In this document: piece by piece, positions 1 to 10,400 of the stretch | Numbering within the stretch: position 1 is the first letter of the stretch | Layout: every line of letters starts with the position of its first letter | IMG/VR virus record: IMGVR_UViG_3300020477_000041 | Coordinates: 1 to 50,557 of that record | From: a virus | Lineage: Duplodnaviria; Caudoviricetes | Strand: one strand, 5' to 3' | Length of the DNA stretch: 50,557 nt | The notes under the pieces: model-generated | Databases searched by the model: none | What the model was told of the DNA's origin: nothing | The model's input: only the letters and a program-made list of their open reading frames with translations | Position numbers and translations under genes: made by a program

Positions 1-339
1 GAAGTATCACATCTAGTCTATTACCCAACTAAAGACGGTAAATCTAAGGTTGTGTATGAAGTTAGTTGGCGGTGCAATGGAACGGAAGAAAAGGATGACG
101 AAACTTATTCGTCTTCCGCAGCAGGAAATAATATTATCACATACGATGCGGATGCTTCGTTTACTGCTTTTGACGATCTGACTGAAGAACAAGTTCTAGG
201 TTGGATTTGGAAAACTGACTCAGATGATGAAAATGATATGAGTAAAGTGGTTAAAGCTGATGTTGAAGCTAATGTGCAAGCATCAGTTGATGAACATATT
301 ACGCCAACTTCTGTTGTAGGGTTGCCTTCTGGATGGTAA
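1..339 (+). CDS. Tail-fibre-associated small protein, 5'-truncated (frame open from base 1)
   Basis: Frame 1 is open from position 1 (EVSHLVYYPTKDGKSKVVYEVSWRC...). The FTAFDDLTEEQVLGW segment resembles small proteins that follow marine podovirus tail fibres. Confidence 0.55.
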   Translation, partial: EVSHLVYYPTKDGKSKVVYEVSWRCNGTEEKDDETYSSSAAGNNIITYDADASFTAFDDLTEEQVLGWIWKTDSDDENDMSKVVKADVEANVQASVDEHITPTSVVGLPSGW

Positions 340-386
340 TGTGGTAATATAAATTATGTTTTGTGTTTTAACAAAGGAGTCTTTAC

Positions 387-626
387 ATGGCTGATACAAA
401 AGACAATATCATTAACATTAATGGTACTGAGTACGACACTGATTCGTTTAACAACGAACAGAAATATGTGATTGCTCAGATCAGAGATTTGCAAGCTAGA
501 TTTGAAGTTGAGAAATTTAAGCTTGATCAAACTCAAGTTGCTTTACAGTCTTTCACTTCTGCTCTTATTAAAAGTTTAGAAGAGAGCGAAGAAGAAAAAG
601 TTGAAGCTGAAAAAGTAGCTTCGTAA
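387..626 (+). CDS. Small coiled-coil protein (possible tail-fibre chaperone)
   Basis: SD AAGGAG upstream; INGTEY N-terminus followed by a heptad helix; lies after tail-fibre genes. Confidence 0.5.
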   Translation: MADTKDNIININGTEYDTDSFNNEQKYVIAQIRDLQARFEVEKFKLDQTQVALQSFTSALIKSLEESEEEKVEAEKVAS

Positions 627-657
627 GAAGTATTCACACATAAAAAAGGGAGGAAGC

Positions 658-822
658 ATGTTAGAAGAAGTAAAGACTGTTGGCGATGTTGTAGGGGTTG
701 GATCAACAGTTGCTCTTTTGGCTGGGTGGCTTCCTCCTTTAGTTTCTATAATTACTTTGATATGGTTTGGAATTAGAATATATGAAACAGATACAGTACA
801 GAAATTGTTGAAAAAAAAGTAA
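658..822 (+). CDS. 54-aa membrane protein (holin-like), missing from ORF track
   Basis: SD GGGAGG then ATG658; MLEEVKTVGDVVGVGSTVALLAGWLPPLVSIITLIWFGIRIYETDTVQKLLKKK; hydrophobic core with basic C-terminus. Confidence 0.65.
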   Translation: MLEEVKTVGDVVGVGSTVALLAGWLPPLVSIITLIWFGIRIYETDTVQKLLKKK

Positions 823-828
823 ATAATT

Positions 829-3234
829 ATGGCAGCACTTTTTGATAATACATCTATGTTTACTGAGTCAGAGCCCCCTAAGACTGTTACTGACGTTTAT
901 TATACTTGGGACGAAGAAGACGTTGGAGATGGTGATTGGGAAAGGGTAAGAAAAACACATAAAAGACAAGTAGCTAATCCTGCTTGGGCATCTTGGAATA
1001 CACGTAAACAAGCTTTTGAAGTTGACAAGATAAAAAAAGCTGACGAAGCACGACAGGCTGAAGAAGCACGACAGGCTGAAGAAGCGCGAAAGGCTGAAGA
1101 AGCACGAAAGGCTGAAGAAGCGAGAAGGGCTGAAACGCCTACAGCTACTACGCCTACAGCTACTACGCCTACAGCTACTACGCCTACAGCTACTACGCCT
1201 ACAGCTACTACGCCTACAGCTACAGCCGCTACACCTACACTTACAACCACTACGCCTACACCTACACCTATTACGCCAACTTATACAGGGGAAAAACCAG
1301 TGTCCTATGAAAGATCGCCAGAACCTCCTAAAACTATTTCGCAACCTTACACATACGTAGCTGAGGAAGAAGACCCTAATGTAGAGAATCAAACTATAGA
1401 AGTTACTAAAACAGGAACAAGACAAGTACCTAATCCTGCTTGGGAAGCTTGGAATAATCCTGATATGACGGCTCATAGAGAAGCTCTTTTTGGCCCATAT
1501 GATCCCTCGCGTGTATATCCTGAGTTTACTTCTGCGCCTACTGCTGCGCCTACTGCTGCGCCTACTGCTGCGCCTACTGCTGCCGCTCCTGCTGCGCCTA
1601 CTGGTATCATAGATGAATCTACAGGTATTGATGTAGGTTTAGCAAGAAAAATACGAGAACAACAAGCTTTAGGTGCTGGAAATATTTTAACAAAAACAGG
1701 TGCAACTGGAGTTGATCCTGCAACAGGAAGATTTGATCCTTCTAAAGTAGAAATGTTATATGATCCTGTTAAGTATTCAATTCAAGAAGGAGAATTAAGA
1801 ACAACAGATGATAAACTTATTGATCCTGCTGCATTACCATCACCTGATGATATTTCAGGAGTACAACAAACTTCCGTAGCTCCTCAAGATGCTTCTTTAA
1901 TCAGTAGTATAGAAAGAACTTATTCAAATGTTCCAACTGCTGTTGCTGCACAAGGAACTATATCATCAAAAGATGTAATTGATCCTAATCAAGTTGTAGA
2001 TGAACGTACAAAACAACAAATGTTTGAACGTGGAAGTTTAGCTGAAGCACAAACACAAACACTAGCTCAAGAAGCTTCTACAGCTTATCAGATTGAACAG
2101 CTTACTAAAGGAATAGAAACAGGAAAGTTTCCACCGTGGGCAGCACCTACTGTTCGTAAAGCAAATGAAATAATGAATCAAAGAGGATTAGGTGCTTCCA
2201 GTATGGCAGCAGCAGCAATCGCTCAAGCTATTCAAGAATCGGCTATACCTATCGCTGCTAACGATGCTCAGAAAGCTGCTACACTTCAAATTCAAAATCT
2301 TAACAACAAGCAACAAACTGCTTTAGCTAATGCAGCTACTATTGCAACGATGGATCGTCAGAATTTAGACAATAGAATGAAAGCTGCACAACAGAATGCT
2401 CAATCATTTTTACAGATGAATTTGCAGAATGTTTCACAAGAACAAGCAGCAGCAATAACAAGTTATCAATCTAATGTACAATCTTTATTTACTGATCAAG
2501 CTGCTGAAAATGCTAGATTACAATTTAATGCTACTTCTGATAATCAAGTAAATCAATTTTATGATCAATTAGGTTTGAGTGCTGCTGAAAATAATGCTAA
2601 TAGAGATGTTGCTATTCAAAAGTTTAATAGTGAAGAACAAACAGCAATAAATGAATTTAATTCTAATTTAGATAATGCAAGACAAGTATTTAATGCTAAT
2701 ATGCAAAATGCTATTGATCAGTCGAACGTACAGTGGAGAAGAAATATAAATACAGCTAATACTAATAATGATAATATGGCTTCTCAACGTAATGCTGCTG
2801 TTCTTTTAGGATTGACAACTCAAGCTCAGAATAATCTTTGGCAAGAATACAGAGATGTAGCTCATCAACTTTATGCTTCATATGAGAATGATAGACAAAG
2901 AACACACGATATTGTTGTTCAAGGTATTAAACATCAATTTAGTGCTGAACAATACCAAAATATGTTAGACTACAGAGCTTCAGTAGCAACAGGAGCAAGA
3001 ATAAACGGATGGGTTGAAGGTTTACTAGGTCCAGTTGCAAAAAAAGGCGCTGAAGCAGTAGTAAAGGGGATTTTTGGTGATAATGATAAGGAGACTCCAT
3101 TCTCTTACGGTTCATCTCCTGCTTCGGTGTATACAGATGAATATGAAGGAGCGATATTCGATGATTATGATATAGATACTTTAGAATATGATACTGATTA
3201 CTTCTTGGAAGAAGAAGGTGAATATTATGGATAA
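829..3234 (+). CDS. Putative internal virion/ejection protein with repeat-rich N-terminus
   Basis: 801 aa; Q/N/A-rich helical C-half (RGLGASSMAAAAI, SNVQWRRNINT) typical of podovirus core proteins; first of a run of large genes after the tail fibre. Confidence 0.6.
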   Translation: MAALFDNTSMFTESEPPKTVTDVYYTWDEEDVGDGDWERVRKTHKRQVANPAWASWNTRKQAFEVDKIKKADEARQAEEARQAEEARKAEEARKAEEARRAETPTATTPTATTPTATTPTATTPTATTPTATAATPTLTTTTPTPTPITPTYTGEKPVSYERSPEPPKTISQPYTYVAEEEDPNVENQTIEVTKTGTRQVPNPAWEAWNNPDMTAHREALFGPYDPSRVYPEFTSAPTAAPTAAPTAAPTAAAPAAPTGIIDESTGIDVGLARKIREQQALGAGNILTKTGATGVDPATGRFDPSKVEMLYDPVKYSIQEGELRTTDDKLIDPAALPSPDDISGVQQTSVAPQDASLISSIERTYSNVPTAVAAQGTISSKDVIDPNQVVDERTKQQMFERGSLAEAQTQTLAQEASTAYQIEQLTKGIETGKFPPWAAPTVRKANEIMNQRGLGASSMAAAAIAQAIQESAIPIAANDAQKAATLQIQNLNNKQQTALANAATIATMDRQNLDNRMKAAQQNAQSFLQMNLQNVSQEQAAAITSYQSNVQSLFTDQAAENARLQFNATSDNQVNQFYDQLGLSAAENNANRDVAIQKFNSEEQTAINEFNSNLDNARQVFNANMQNAIDQSNVQWRRNINTANTNNDNMASQRNAAVLLGLTTQAQNNLWQEYRDVAHQLYASYENDRQRTHDIVVQGIKHQFSAEQYQNMLDYRASVATGARINGWVEGLLGPVAKKGAEAVVKGIFGDNDKETPFSYGSSPASVYTDEYEGAIFDDYDIDTLEYDTDYFLEEEGEYYG
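1039..1134 (+). repeat. 18-bp tandem repeat x5 encoding A-(D/E)-E-A-R-(Q/K/R)
   Basis: gctgaagaagcacgacag-type units read directly. Confidence 0.9.
1135..1224 (+). repeat. 15-bp tandem repeat x6 (acgcctacagctact) encoding TPTAT
   Basis: Read directly. Confidence 0.95.
1532..1603 (+). repeat. 12-bp tandem repeat encoding APTA
   Basis: ctgcgcctactg units, four tandem copies plus a degenerate one. Confidence 0.85.
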
Positions 3235-3259
3235 AATAAAGAAAAACGGAGATTAGAAA

Positions 3260-3691
3260 ATGGGTTTATTTGACGGTATTGTTGGTTCAGTCGTTAACAG
3301 TGTTGTAGGCAGTGTAGCAAGTAGAGCAGGAGCGGAACTTGGAGAAGCGATATTTGGTGATGATAAAAAATCAACTGCGGCGTCCACTGGTCCTACAGTA
3401 GCTCCCGGTACTCCTTATTCACAGGTAGACCCTCTTAAAGGTCTTGAAGAACCGAAACCACCGCCGGGTGTAGGAGGATTTATGGGAAATGTAACAGTTA
3501 AACCTTCTAGAAGTAGAGAAGAGTACAATCCATATCTAACAGAAGGAGTAAACGGTTTACTTAAAAGTGTAATGAGTGACCCTCCTGCTTCCCCTAAAAT
3601 GGTACAAGAAATAGCGATGGCAAGTGCAGCAAGTAATATTACTTCTTCAGGAAGTAGTAGAAAAGCTCTTCAGAAATTATTTAAAACTTAG
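3260..3691 (+). CDS. Hypothetical protein, probable small internal virion protein
   Basis: SD GGAG; G/S/V-rich amphipathic N-terminus; context. Confidence 0.5.
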   Translation: MGLFDGIVGSVVNSVVGSVASRAGAELGEAIFGDDKKSTAASTGPTVAPGTPYSQVDPLKGLEEPKPPPGVGGFMGNVTVKPSRSREEYNPYLTEGVNGLLKSVMSDPPASPKMVQEIAMASAASNITSSGSSRKALQKLFKT

Positions 3692-3707
3692 ATATTGGAG
3701 AATATAA

Positions 3708-4223
3708 GTGATTAATCTTGAAGACGATCCTTTTAGATCAAACCCTATTCCCGGTCAATCTTTAACATCAGAACCGGGTAAGCTTCCTTATGAAAAACCT
3801 CCTATGTACGCAAATACAATGGAAGCTTTTCAATCTATAAAATCTTCTTTATATAGAAGTAGGGAATCTGCTGAAGAATTAGCTGAGATTATAAATTCAG
3901 GAATATCTTGTGAAACGCTTGCATCTTCAATCGTTATAAGTAGTTTTATGAAAGGAATGTTTAATCCTGATGTTGCTGAATTGATAAAGCCATTTGTAGC
4001 TCTTGAAATATATAAGATAGCTGAGAGAGTTGGTGTTACTAATATAATTTTATTTAATAAACCTTTAGAAGATAAAGTTTATGATAATAGAAATGTGTTA
4101 GATCAGTTTAAAATGTCAATAGGACATGAAAGCTCAATAGAGGATAAGGAAATTAACGCTCTTATAGAAAAATCTTTAAGTAAAGAACATACTGATGGTT
4201 TTATTAGTAAAGGAGAAGTGTAA
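3708..4223 (+). CDS. Hypothetical virion-associated protein
   Basis: PIPGQSLT..PG..PYEKPP N-terminal motif of the kind seen in marine podovirus structural modules; SD GGAG. Confidence 0.55.
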   Translation: MINLEDDPFRSNPIPGQSLTSEPGKLPYEKPPMYANTMEAFQSIKSSLYRSRESAEELAEIINSGISCETLASSIVISSFMKGMFNPDVAELIKPFVALEIYKIAERVGVTNIILFNKPLEDKVYDNRNVLDQFKMSIGHESSIEDKEINALIEKSLSKEHTDGFISKGEV

Positions 4224-7200
4224 TGTTTGGTCTTAGTGGCCCTGTAAGTTCTGGGCTTATAACTGGATTTATGCAACAAGGTCTTAGGCGTGATCACATG
4301 AAAGCTGTAGCTGAAGCAGAAGCAGCGGCAGCGGCAAAAAAAGCTGAAGAAGAACGTAAGTTACAGAAAATTAAAGACGATGCGGCTGATCTAAGAACTC
4401 TTGCAACTACTCAAGCAACTATGCAAGCTGCTAGATATAGGGCCGATGCAAGTGCACACGCTTCACATCAGAAACTTCAGTTTGAAATGATTCAATCAAT
4501 ACCTGATTTGGCTGAAAAAGGTGTTTTTTCTTTAGAAGCTAAAGATCATTTTACAAGAGCTGATGATGGTACAATAATTCCTATAACTCCGTGGTTTAAA
4601 CTTTATTTTAATAAAAAATATCCTGAGAGATCTGTTAGCATATTTTCTCAAGCACTTAAAATGCAAAAAGATAGAAAACAAGAAGTTAATAAATGGTCTA
4701 ATTATCCTAAATCACTTCAAGAACATTTTCTTTTACAACAAAGCGGAAAATCAGAAAGCTACTATAATCATCTTGTAAAAAAACAGAAAGCTAATAGAAA
4801 ATTAACTCCTCTTGAAGCAAACTATAAAGCATACGTAGATGAGACGACAAAATTTAATAAAGGAGTAAAAGATAATAAACAAAAAAAATCAATTCTTCCT
4901 TTTGAATATTGGTTTGCTTTAAACGCTAAAACGACTGCTGGTCGTACAGAAAAAACACGTGCAAAAGATACGCTTAACAATTACATGAAGGGTTCGTTGC
5001 CAGTATCATTAATATATGTAGACTATGATACAGAAAAGAAAATAGTACATCCTTCTCTTATTAGAACATTAGCTATAAATGATCTATTAGTAGGGGAAAG
5101 CGTAAAAGAATTACGAAATGAAAGCAGAAGACATGCAAAACTATTTTACAATAGGCAACGTCAAGCTAATCAAGAGAATACAAAAGTAACAGGACGTATG
5201 CACATAACAGAGATACCCGGATTACATAATTTAAGAACTGTTATTCCTAATCTTCCTGATTCAGAAACAGTTTTACAAGAAACTTATCAAGGTTCTAAAC
5301 AACTAGATTTTTATAGTGCTTCAGACATGTTAACCAGATTACAGAAATTGGGTCTTTTTGGTAAACCGGGAGATACTGAAAAAAAGAGAATAGACAATAT
5401 AAAAAGGTCGGGTACTTATCAGTATATTCTAAAACTTTTAAATGCTATGTCTAAGGGTGTAGAAAGCGTAGTAGATGGTCAAGAAATAACAACTTATTAT
5501 AATCTTAACGAAAACTTGAATAAAACTCTACAAGTGTTAACAAAAATAGACTCGAATTTACCTAAAACTCATTCGCGTTTTTTTAATCAAAGAAATGAAG
5601 TACACTATACAGATAAAGCCACTCCTCAAAATGGTACAGTTATAACAAAAATAGCACCGGGAGTGTTAGGAACTGAATCTTCTAGAACATTAAATTTATC
5701 ATTACATTTAGAACAAAAAAATCCTGTCTTTAAGAGACTTTCAAACGTTTTAAAGACAGAAGATAATGTAGGACTTTCAAAAGAAGAAGTTTTAGAAGGT
5801 TATCAATATTATTTTCCTACTGATCAAAATCCAAGAGTTATAGATGATGAAGACACTCCTTATGCACGATCTGAAAAATTAGTATTAGAAAATCCTTTTT
5901 TAACTATTATTAGCCCTTATTTATCTGGTTTTGGAAATCTTTTAGAACATAAAAGCGCAATGTCTACTGTACAAAAAAGACTTAAATCTATTAAATATTC
6001 TAAAGGAACTAAAGACCCTAAAAAAATAGAGTTTTGGAAAAAACGTAACAAACTAAAAGAATCTCAAGATGATATTTTCCAACTTATTGATACAACTTTA
6101 ACTTATGTTGGCAGTATAAATGATGCAGATATAAGAGATAGTTCTTTAGATGAACTTATATCTACATTAGAAGAAAATAGTTGGAACGTAACAACAGGTA
6201 TAGGGTCTGATCTTTTTCAAAAAGTATCGGATACTTTAAAAGGTCTTGTTGGAGTAGGTGATACTTACGCAACAGAAATAAGCTCTCTCAGACAGCAATT
6301 TTCTTCTAAATTTCTTAATAATGCAAAAAGCGTAAGTAATTTAGTTAAAACAGATATCAAATTTCGAGATGAAGCTGAACTAATTAGAACAGCGAGAGAA
6401 AAAGAAAGAGGCGGACCTAACGCATCTGAAAAAGTAAAAAGGGACGCAGATAGACGTTTTGCTTTAAGATCAATAATATTATTTAATAAAGTTCAATTAA
6501 CATATAAATTAGCTGGGTTAGTGCAAGGCGATCAAACTGGAGGTAGAACAATTTCTAACCAAGATTTTGATACTGTGTGGAAACATTTATGGGGTAGGTC
6601 TGATCTTTCAAATTTAGCTAATTTAAAAGCATTAAGAACAGACATAAATTTAAGAAGAAAACTGGGAGATGCTTTCGATGTTGTTTACGAATTTGAAGGT
6701 GAAATAAGTGGTACACTTAAACGCGCTGCAAATGAAGTACATCACGATCAAACTAAAAGATGGATAAAATCGCGTCCTGAATACAAGTCACAAATTGATA
6801 GTTATTTAAATAACAATAACAATAATAATAAAGATTCTCTTTTAAAATTAAATGGTCTAATAGGTCTAGGAGAAAATGACGCATTGAAGCCTATGACAAT
6901 AGCAAATGGAAAAATAGCTGGTATATCATATGGACCTAGTGTGACTTCAATTAATAATAGAATGTTAGAATCTCCTAAATCTGAATTAGCAGTACCTAAT
7001 AGATTTATTAATTCTGCTTTACTTTTATCTACTTTAAAAGATAATCCTTCTAATAGTGGTATTACACCAACTTCTAAGCAAATGCGAGGATCAGCCTACT
7101 CTTTAGCTATTACAGCAGGAAGGATATATGGTACTCCTAAAATACTAGACCCTCAATTTGTTCTTAATGATAAGGTTACAAGGGATAATTCAATTTATCC

Positions 7201-7414
7201 AATTTTTAATCCATTAAAAAGTGAATTTTACCAGAGAGTTATTAACGGAGATATGAACACATTTGAACAATTATTAGAACATATGAAAACGATAGATTTT
7301 AGTAATGATAATGGTGATTCTGATATTTCTCGTAAAACGTTAAATATTGAAAAAGAATTTTTAATAAACCTTCTTGAATACACACAACGATATTTTACTA
7401 GAGGAGCTGAGTAA
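4223..7414 (+). CDS. Large putative ejection protein (1063 aa)
   Basis: TAATG coupling to upstream gene; size, AT-rich composition and position match core proteins; no catalytic motif recognised. Confidence 0.55.
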   Translation: MFGLSGPVSSGLITGFMQQGLRRDHMKAVAEAEAAAAAKKAEEERKLQKIKDDAADLRTLATTQATMQAARYRADASAHASHQKLQFEMIQSIPDLAEKGVFSLEAKDHFTRADDGTIIPITPWFKLYFNKKYPERSVSIFSQALKMQKDRKQEVNKWSNYPKSLQEHFLLQQSGKSESYYNHLVKKQKANRKLTPLEANYKAYVDETTKFNKGVKDNKQKKSILPFEYWFALNAKTTAGRTEKTRAKDTLNNYMKGSLPVSLIYVDYDTEKKIVHPSLIRTLAINDLLVGESVKELRNESRRHAKLFYNRQRQANQENTKVTGRMHITEIPGLHNLRTVIPNLPDSETVLQETYQGSKQLDFYSASDMLTRLQKLGLFGKPGDTEKKRIDNIKRSGTYQYILKLLNAMSKGVESVVDGQEITTYYNLNENLNKTLQVLTKIDSNLPKTHSRFFNQRNEVHYTDKATPQNGTVITKIAPGVLGTESSRTLNLSLHLEQKNPVFKRLSNVLKTEDNVGLSKEEVLEGYQYYFPTDQNPRVIDDEDTPYARSEKLVLENPFLTIISPYLSGFGNLLEHKSAMSTVQKRLKSIKYSKGTKDPKKIEFWKKRNKLKESQDDIFQLIDTTLTYVGSINDADIRDSSLDELISTLEENSWNVTTGIGSDLFQKVSDTLKGLVGVGDTYATEISSLRQQFSSKFLNNAKSVSNLVKTDIKFRDEAELIRTAREKERGGPNASEKVKRDADRRFALRSIILFNKVQLTYKLAGLVQGDQTGGRTISNQDFDTVWKHLWGRSDLSNLANLKALRTDINLRRKLGDAFDVVYEFEGEISGTLKRAANEVHHDQTKRWIKSRPEYKSQIDSYLNNNNNNNKDSLLKLNGLIGLGENDALKPMTIANGKIAGISYGPSVTSINNRMLESPKSELAVPNRFINSALLLSTLKDNPSNSGITPTSKQMRGSAYSLAITAGRIYGTPKILDPQFVLNDKVTRDNSIYPIFNPLKSEFYQRVINGDMNTFEQLLEHMKTIDFSNDNGDSDISRKTLNIEKEFLINLLEYTQRYFTRGAE

Positions 7415-7415
7415 T

Positions 7416-10400
7416 ATGGTTGAAAAAGTCGATCCTGTTCTTGGTCTTAGAGATTCTTCTCAAATTCAAAGATGGGAAGAAGCTATAAGAAATCCAAAAG
7501 GTTTTATAGCTTCTCAAGCTCCTTTTGATAGTAGTGAATCTGTACCTGAAGTTAAAGAAGAAGAAGAAAAACCTAATGTTCCGCCTTCTATGGTGAAAGT
7601 AACTGAAACACGTACAGGTGAAAGAAGAGTTATTCCTCCTAGAGCATTGTCACCAGAAACTCCTCCAGAAGAAAGAAGGGGATGGTCACAACCTACTTAT
7701 TATTCTGAAGGTGTATCACCGCAACAAGCTTTATTTACGCCGATAAGCACGGGAGACTACGATCTTTTTGGTAATGCACAAGATAGAGATGTACAAGGTA
7801 AACAAGTACGACCGGACGTTAAGCTTTTAGATGTTCCTTATCAGCCTTTACAAGCAGGAGCATTAGGTGTCAAAATGGGGTTTGAATTTCCTTTTGATAT
7901 TGCTACTAAATGGATTTGGCAAACACTATACACTGGTGTCGGTGCTTATGAGGAATTAATGAACGCACCTCTTAATTTATTCAAGTATTATACAGACACT
8001 CCATTAAGTCCTAGAGAATCAAAGTCACTTGAAAAAATAGCTAACAGATGGGATCAATATAATAAAGAAACTATTCCAATGTTGATAGAATCATATGGTA
8101 AAAAAGGATTTTTATCCCCCATAAAACTTCTTTCAGATGTGTCTAATGTTCCTGTACACAAAAGACACGCTAGTTTTACACCGTTATCTTTTGGTCTTTC
8201 TGGTGCGCTTCCTTTTGGAGGAGTATGGGCTACATCACATAAAGCAAAAAAATTTCTAGACGGTGTATTTAGAGGAGCAGCAGTTTATTCTCAACTTCGT
8301 AAACCTGTTGTTGCTAGTGGATTAGGTTTACGAACTGGAGATGATATTTTTCCTTTTGGTGCAGCAAGTTCAGAAGCACGTTTAAATATGTTAACTGCTG
8401 CAAGATTAGCATTTGAAGAAGCAAGGCAATTTAGACCAAAACTACCGGGAGTAGAACAAATAACTACTTATTCTCAACTTGCTCAAAATAATAAATTTGT
8501 TATAAATCCTGATTTAGAAAAAGCTTTAAATGCAAGGTCTGCTATAAATTTAATTCTACAGAAAAGAAAATATATACCCGGTTATACTTATGAACAAGCA
8601 AGAAAAATGTCAACAAGAAATTATAACAATGCTTGGTTAGGATTGGGTATGGGCGCAGGACACGCTATAGCTAGTCAGTTTACAGATAATGAAATGACTC
8701 AAATGCTTTTTGGTATGATGGCTGGCATTCCTATAGGTAAAGGTAAAATTAGAACAGATAAGGAAGACGGTAAGTATGGTACTTCTCTAGGTCGTCATGG
8801 TGTTAAAGCACGAAAAGCAAATATAGCATTAAGAACTCTTAGAGGTGCCAGTACTATTAGTGGTCAACTAGGTCTGCTTGCTTTAAGTAAAGCAGTTCCT
8901 GTAAAATTTTGGCAAACACTTAAAGGTGATCCTGAAGAGTTTCTAAAAATACTTACACGCAAAGATCATAATCCTGTTGCTAAAACTCTTATAGCTATGA
9001 ATTTTGGATTTTCTCTTCCTCAAATTGCTAAAACTACTAGAGAAAGTATGAAAACAACTAGATACGCTGTTAGAAAACATAGAATATTAGAGGGTGAAGT
9101 AAAAAAAGCAGAAGTAGAAATTGAGAATATAAATAAATCTATACGAGATACTGGTAAAGCTGGAACAGATGTTCATAAAAAACTTATATCTCAAGCAAAT
9201 GCAAAATTAGAAACAGCTCAAAAAGAATTTAAACATTTTAAAAATGAAAAAATAAAACAAAAAGTACTTAAATTAAATAAAGAAGGAGAAATAGAAGGAA
9301 ATCCTTTACATTTAGTTGATGATCTTTTAATGGCACCTTCAGGTAAAATGGAAGCTGTTACTGCTATGGTTAATGCTATGAAAACTACTTCAAAAGATTT
9401 TGAAGAAACTTTAGGTCTTACTTTAAAATCTTTATCTGATATATCTAAACATACTGGATTGGATATGGACGGAATATCTTTAACAATTGGTCAAGCAGCT
9501 AATGCTATTGTATTTTCACAGTACATAGAATCTTCTTTAAATGCCGTCAGAGTATCTTTAATGGATAACGGTTTTAGATTAGATAAAACTTTGTTAGGTC
9601 TTCTAGATAATGAAATAGCAGCGCATCAAGAAAATTTAGCTAAATCTGTTGAAGCTTTAGGAAAATCATTAGATACTATTACTTTATCTGGCAAAGATAT
9701 CCCTAAAGAAGTTAATGATTTTATACAAACATTAAATGGTATAAAAAAATATTATGGAGAAAATCTTCAAACTATTTTTGAAAGCAACAGAAAAAGAATG
9801 ATGGGCATATCTGATGAAACTATGAAAGCTCAACTTTATAGATCATCAAAAAAATATGAAGAAGAGTCTCAAGATTGGTTTAATTCCTCAACTTTAGATG
9901 ATATAAGAATAATTAATGATAGTATTTTTGATAATAATTTTAAAACATTTAAAAAAGATGCTGATAAGTTATACGGAGATGCTACATATGCTTTAAATAA
10001 TTTTAAAGATGTAAATGGAAATAAATACGCTTTTAGTGTTAGCTTTAATCCTGTTAGTGTTTTTAGAAAATCCAATCTTTTAGACAATGATCAAAGACAA
10101 ATATTTAAATCATTATTTGAAGGACAAGTTTTAAAAGAGTACGGATCAATTAATATAAAACCTGTAAATTTAGCTCAAGAAATGAGATTAAATGCTATTC
10201 TTGATGGAAAATTGGAAAATGCAACAAATGTACCTCATTTTAGAAGAGTAAAACAAAAAATACTTGATCCTTATGTAGACGAGCTTGTAGAAATAGAAAG
10301 AAAAAAGATTGAAGGTGCAGGAGGACAATTTAACGAAAAAAAATATAGAGAAGAAACTTTTGATTTCTTTCCTAATAAAGACAGTAGCGGAAAAGGTATT

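Noticed and set aside
868-1476. Antisense ORFs with CRRSS and VAVGV repeats
   Set aside because: Reverse readings of the TPTAT/EEARKA repeats.
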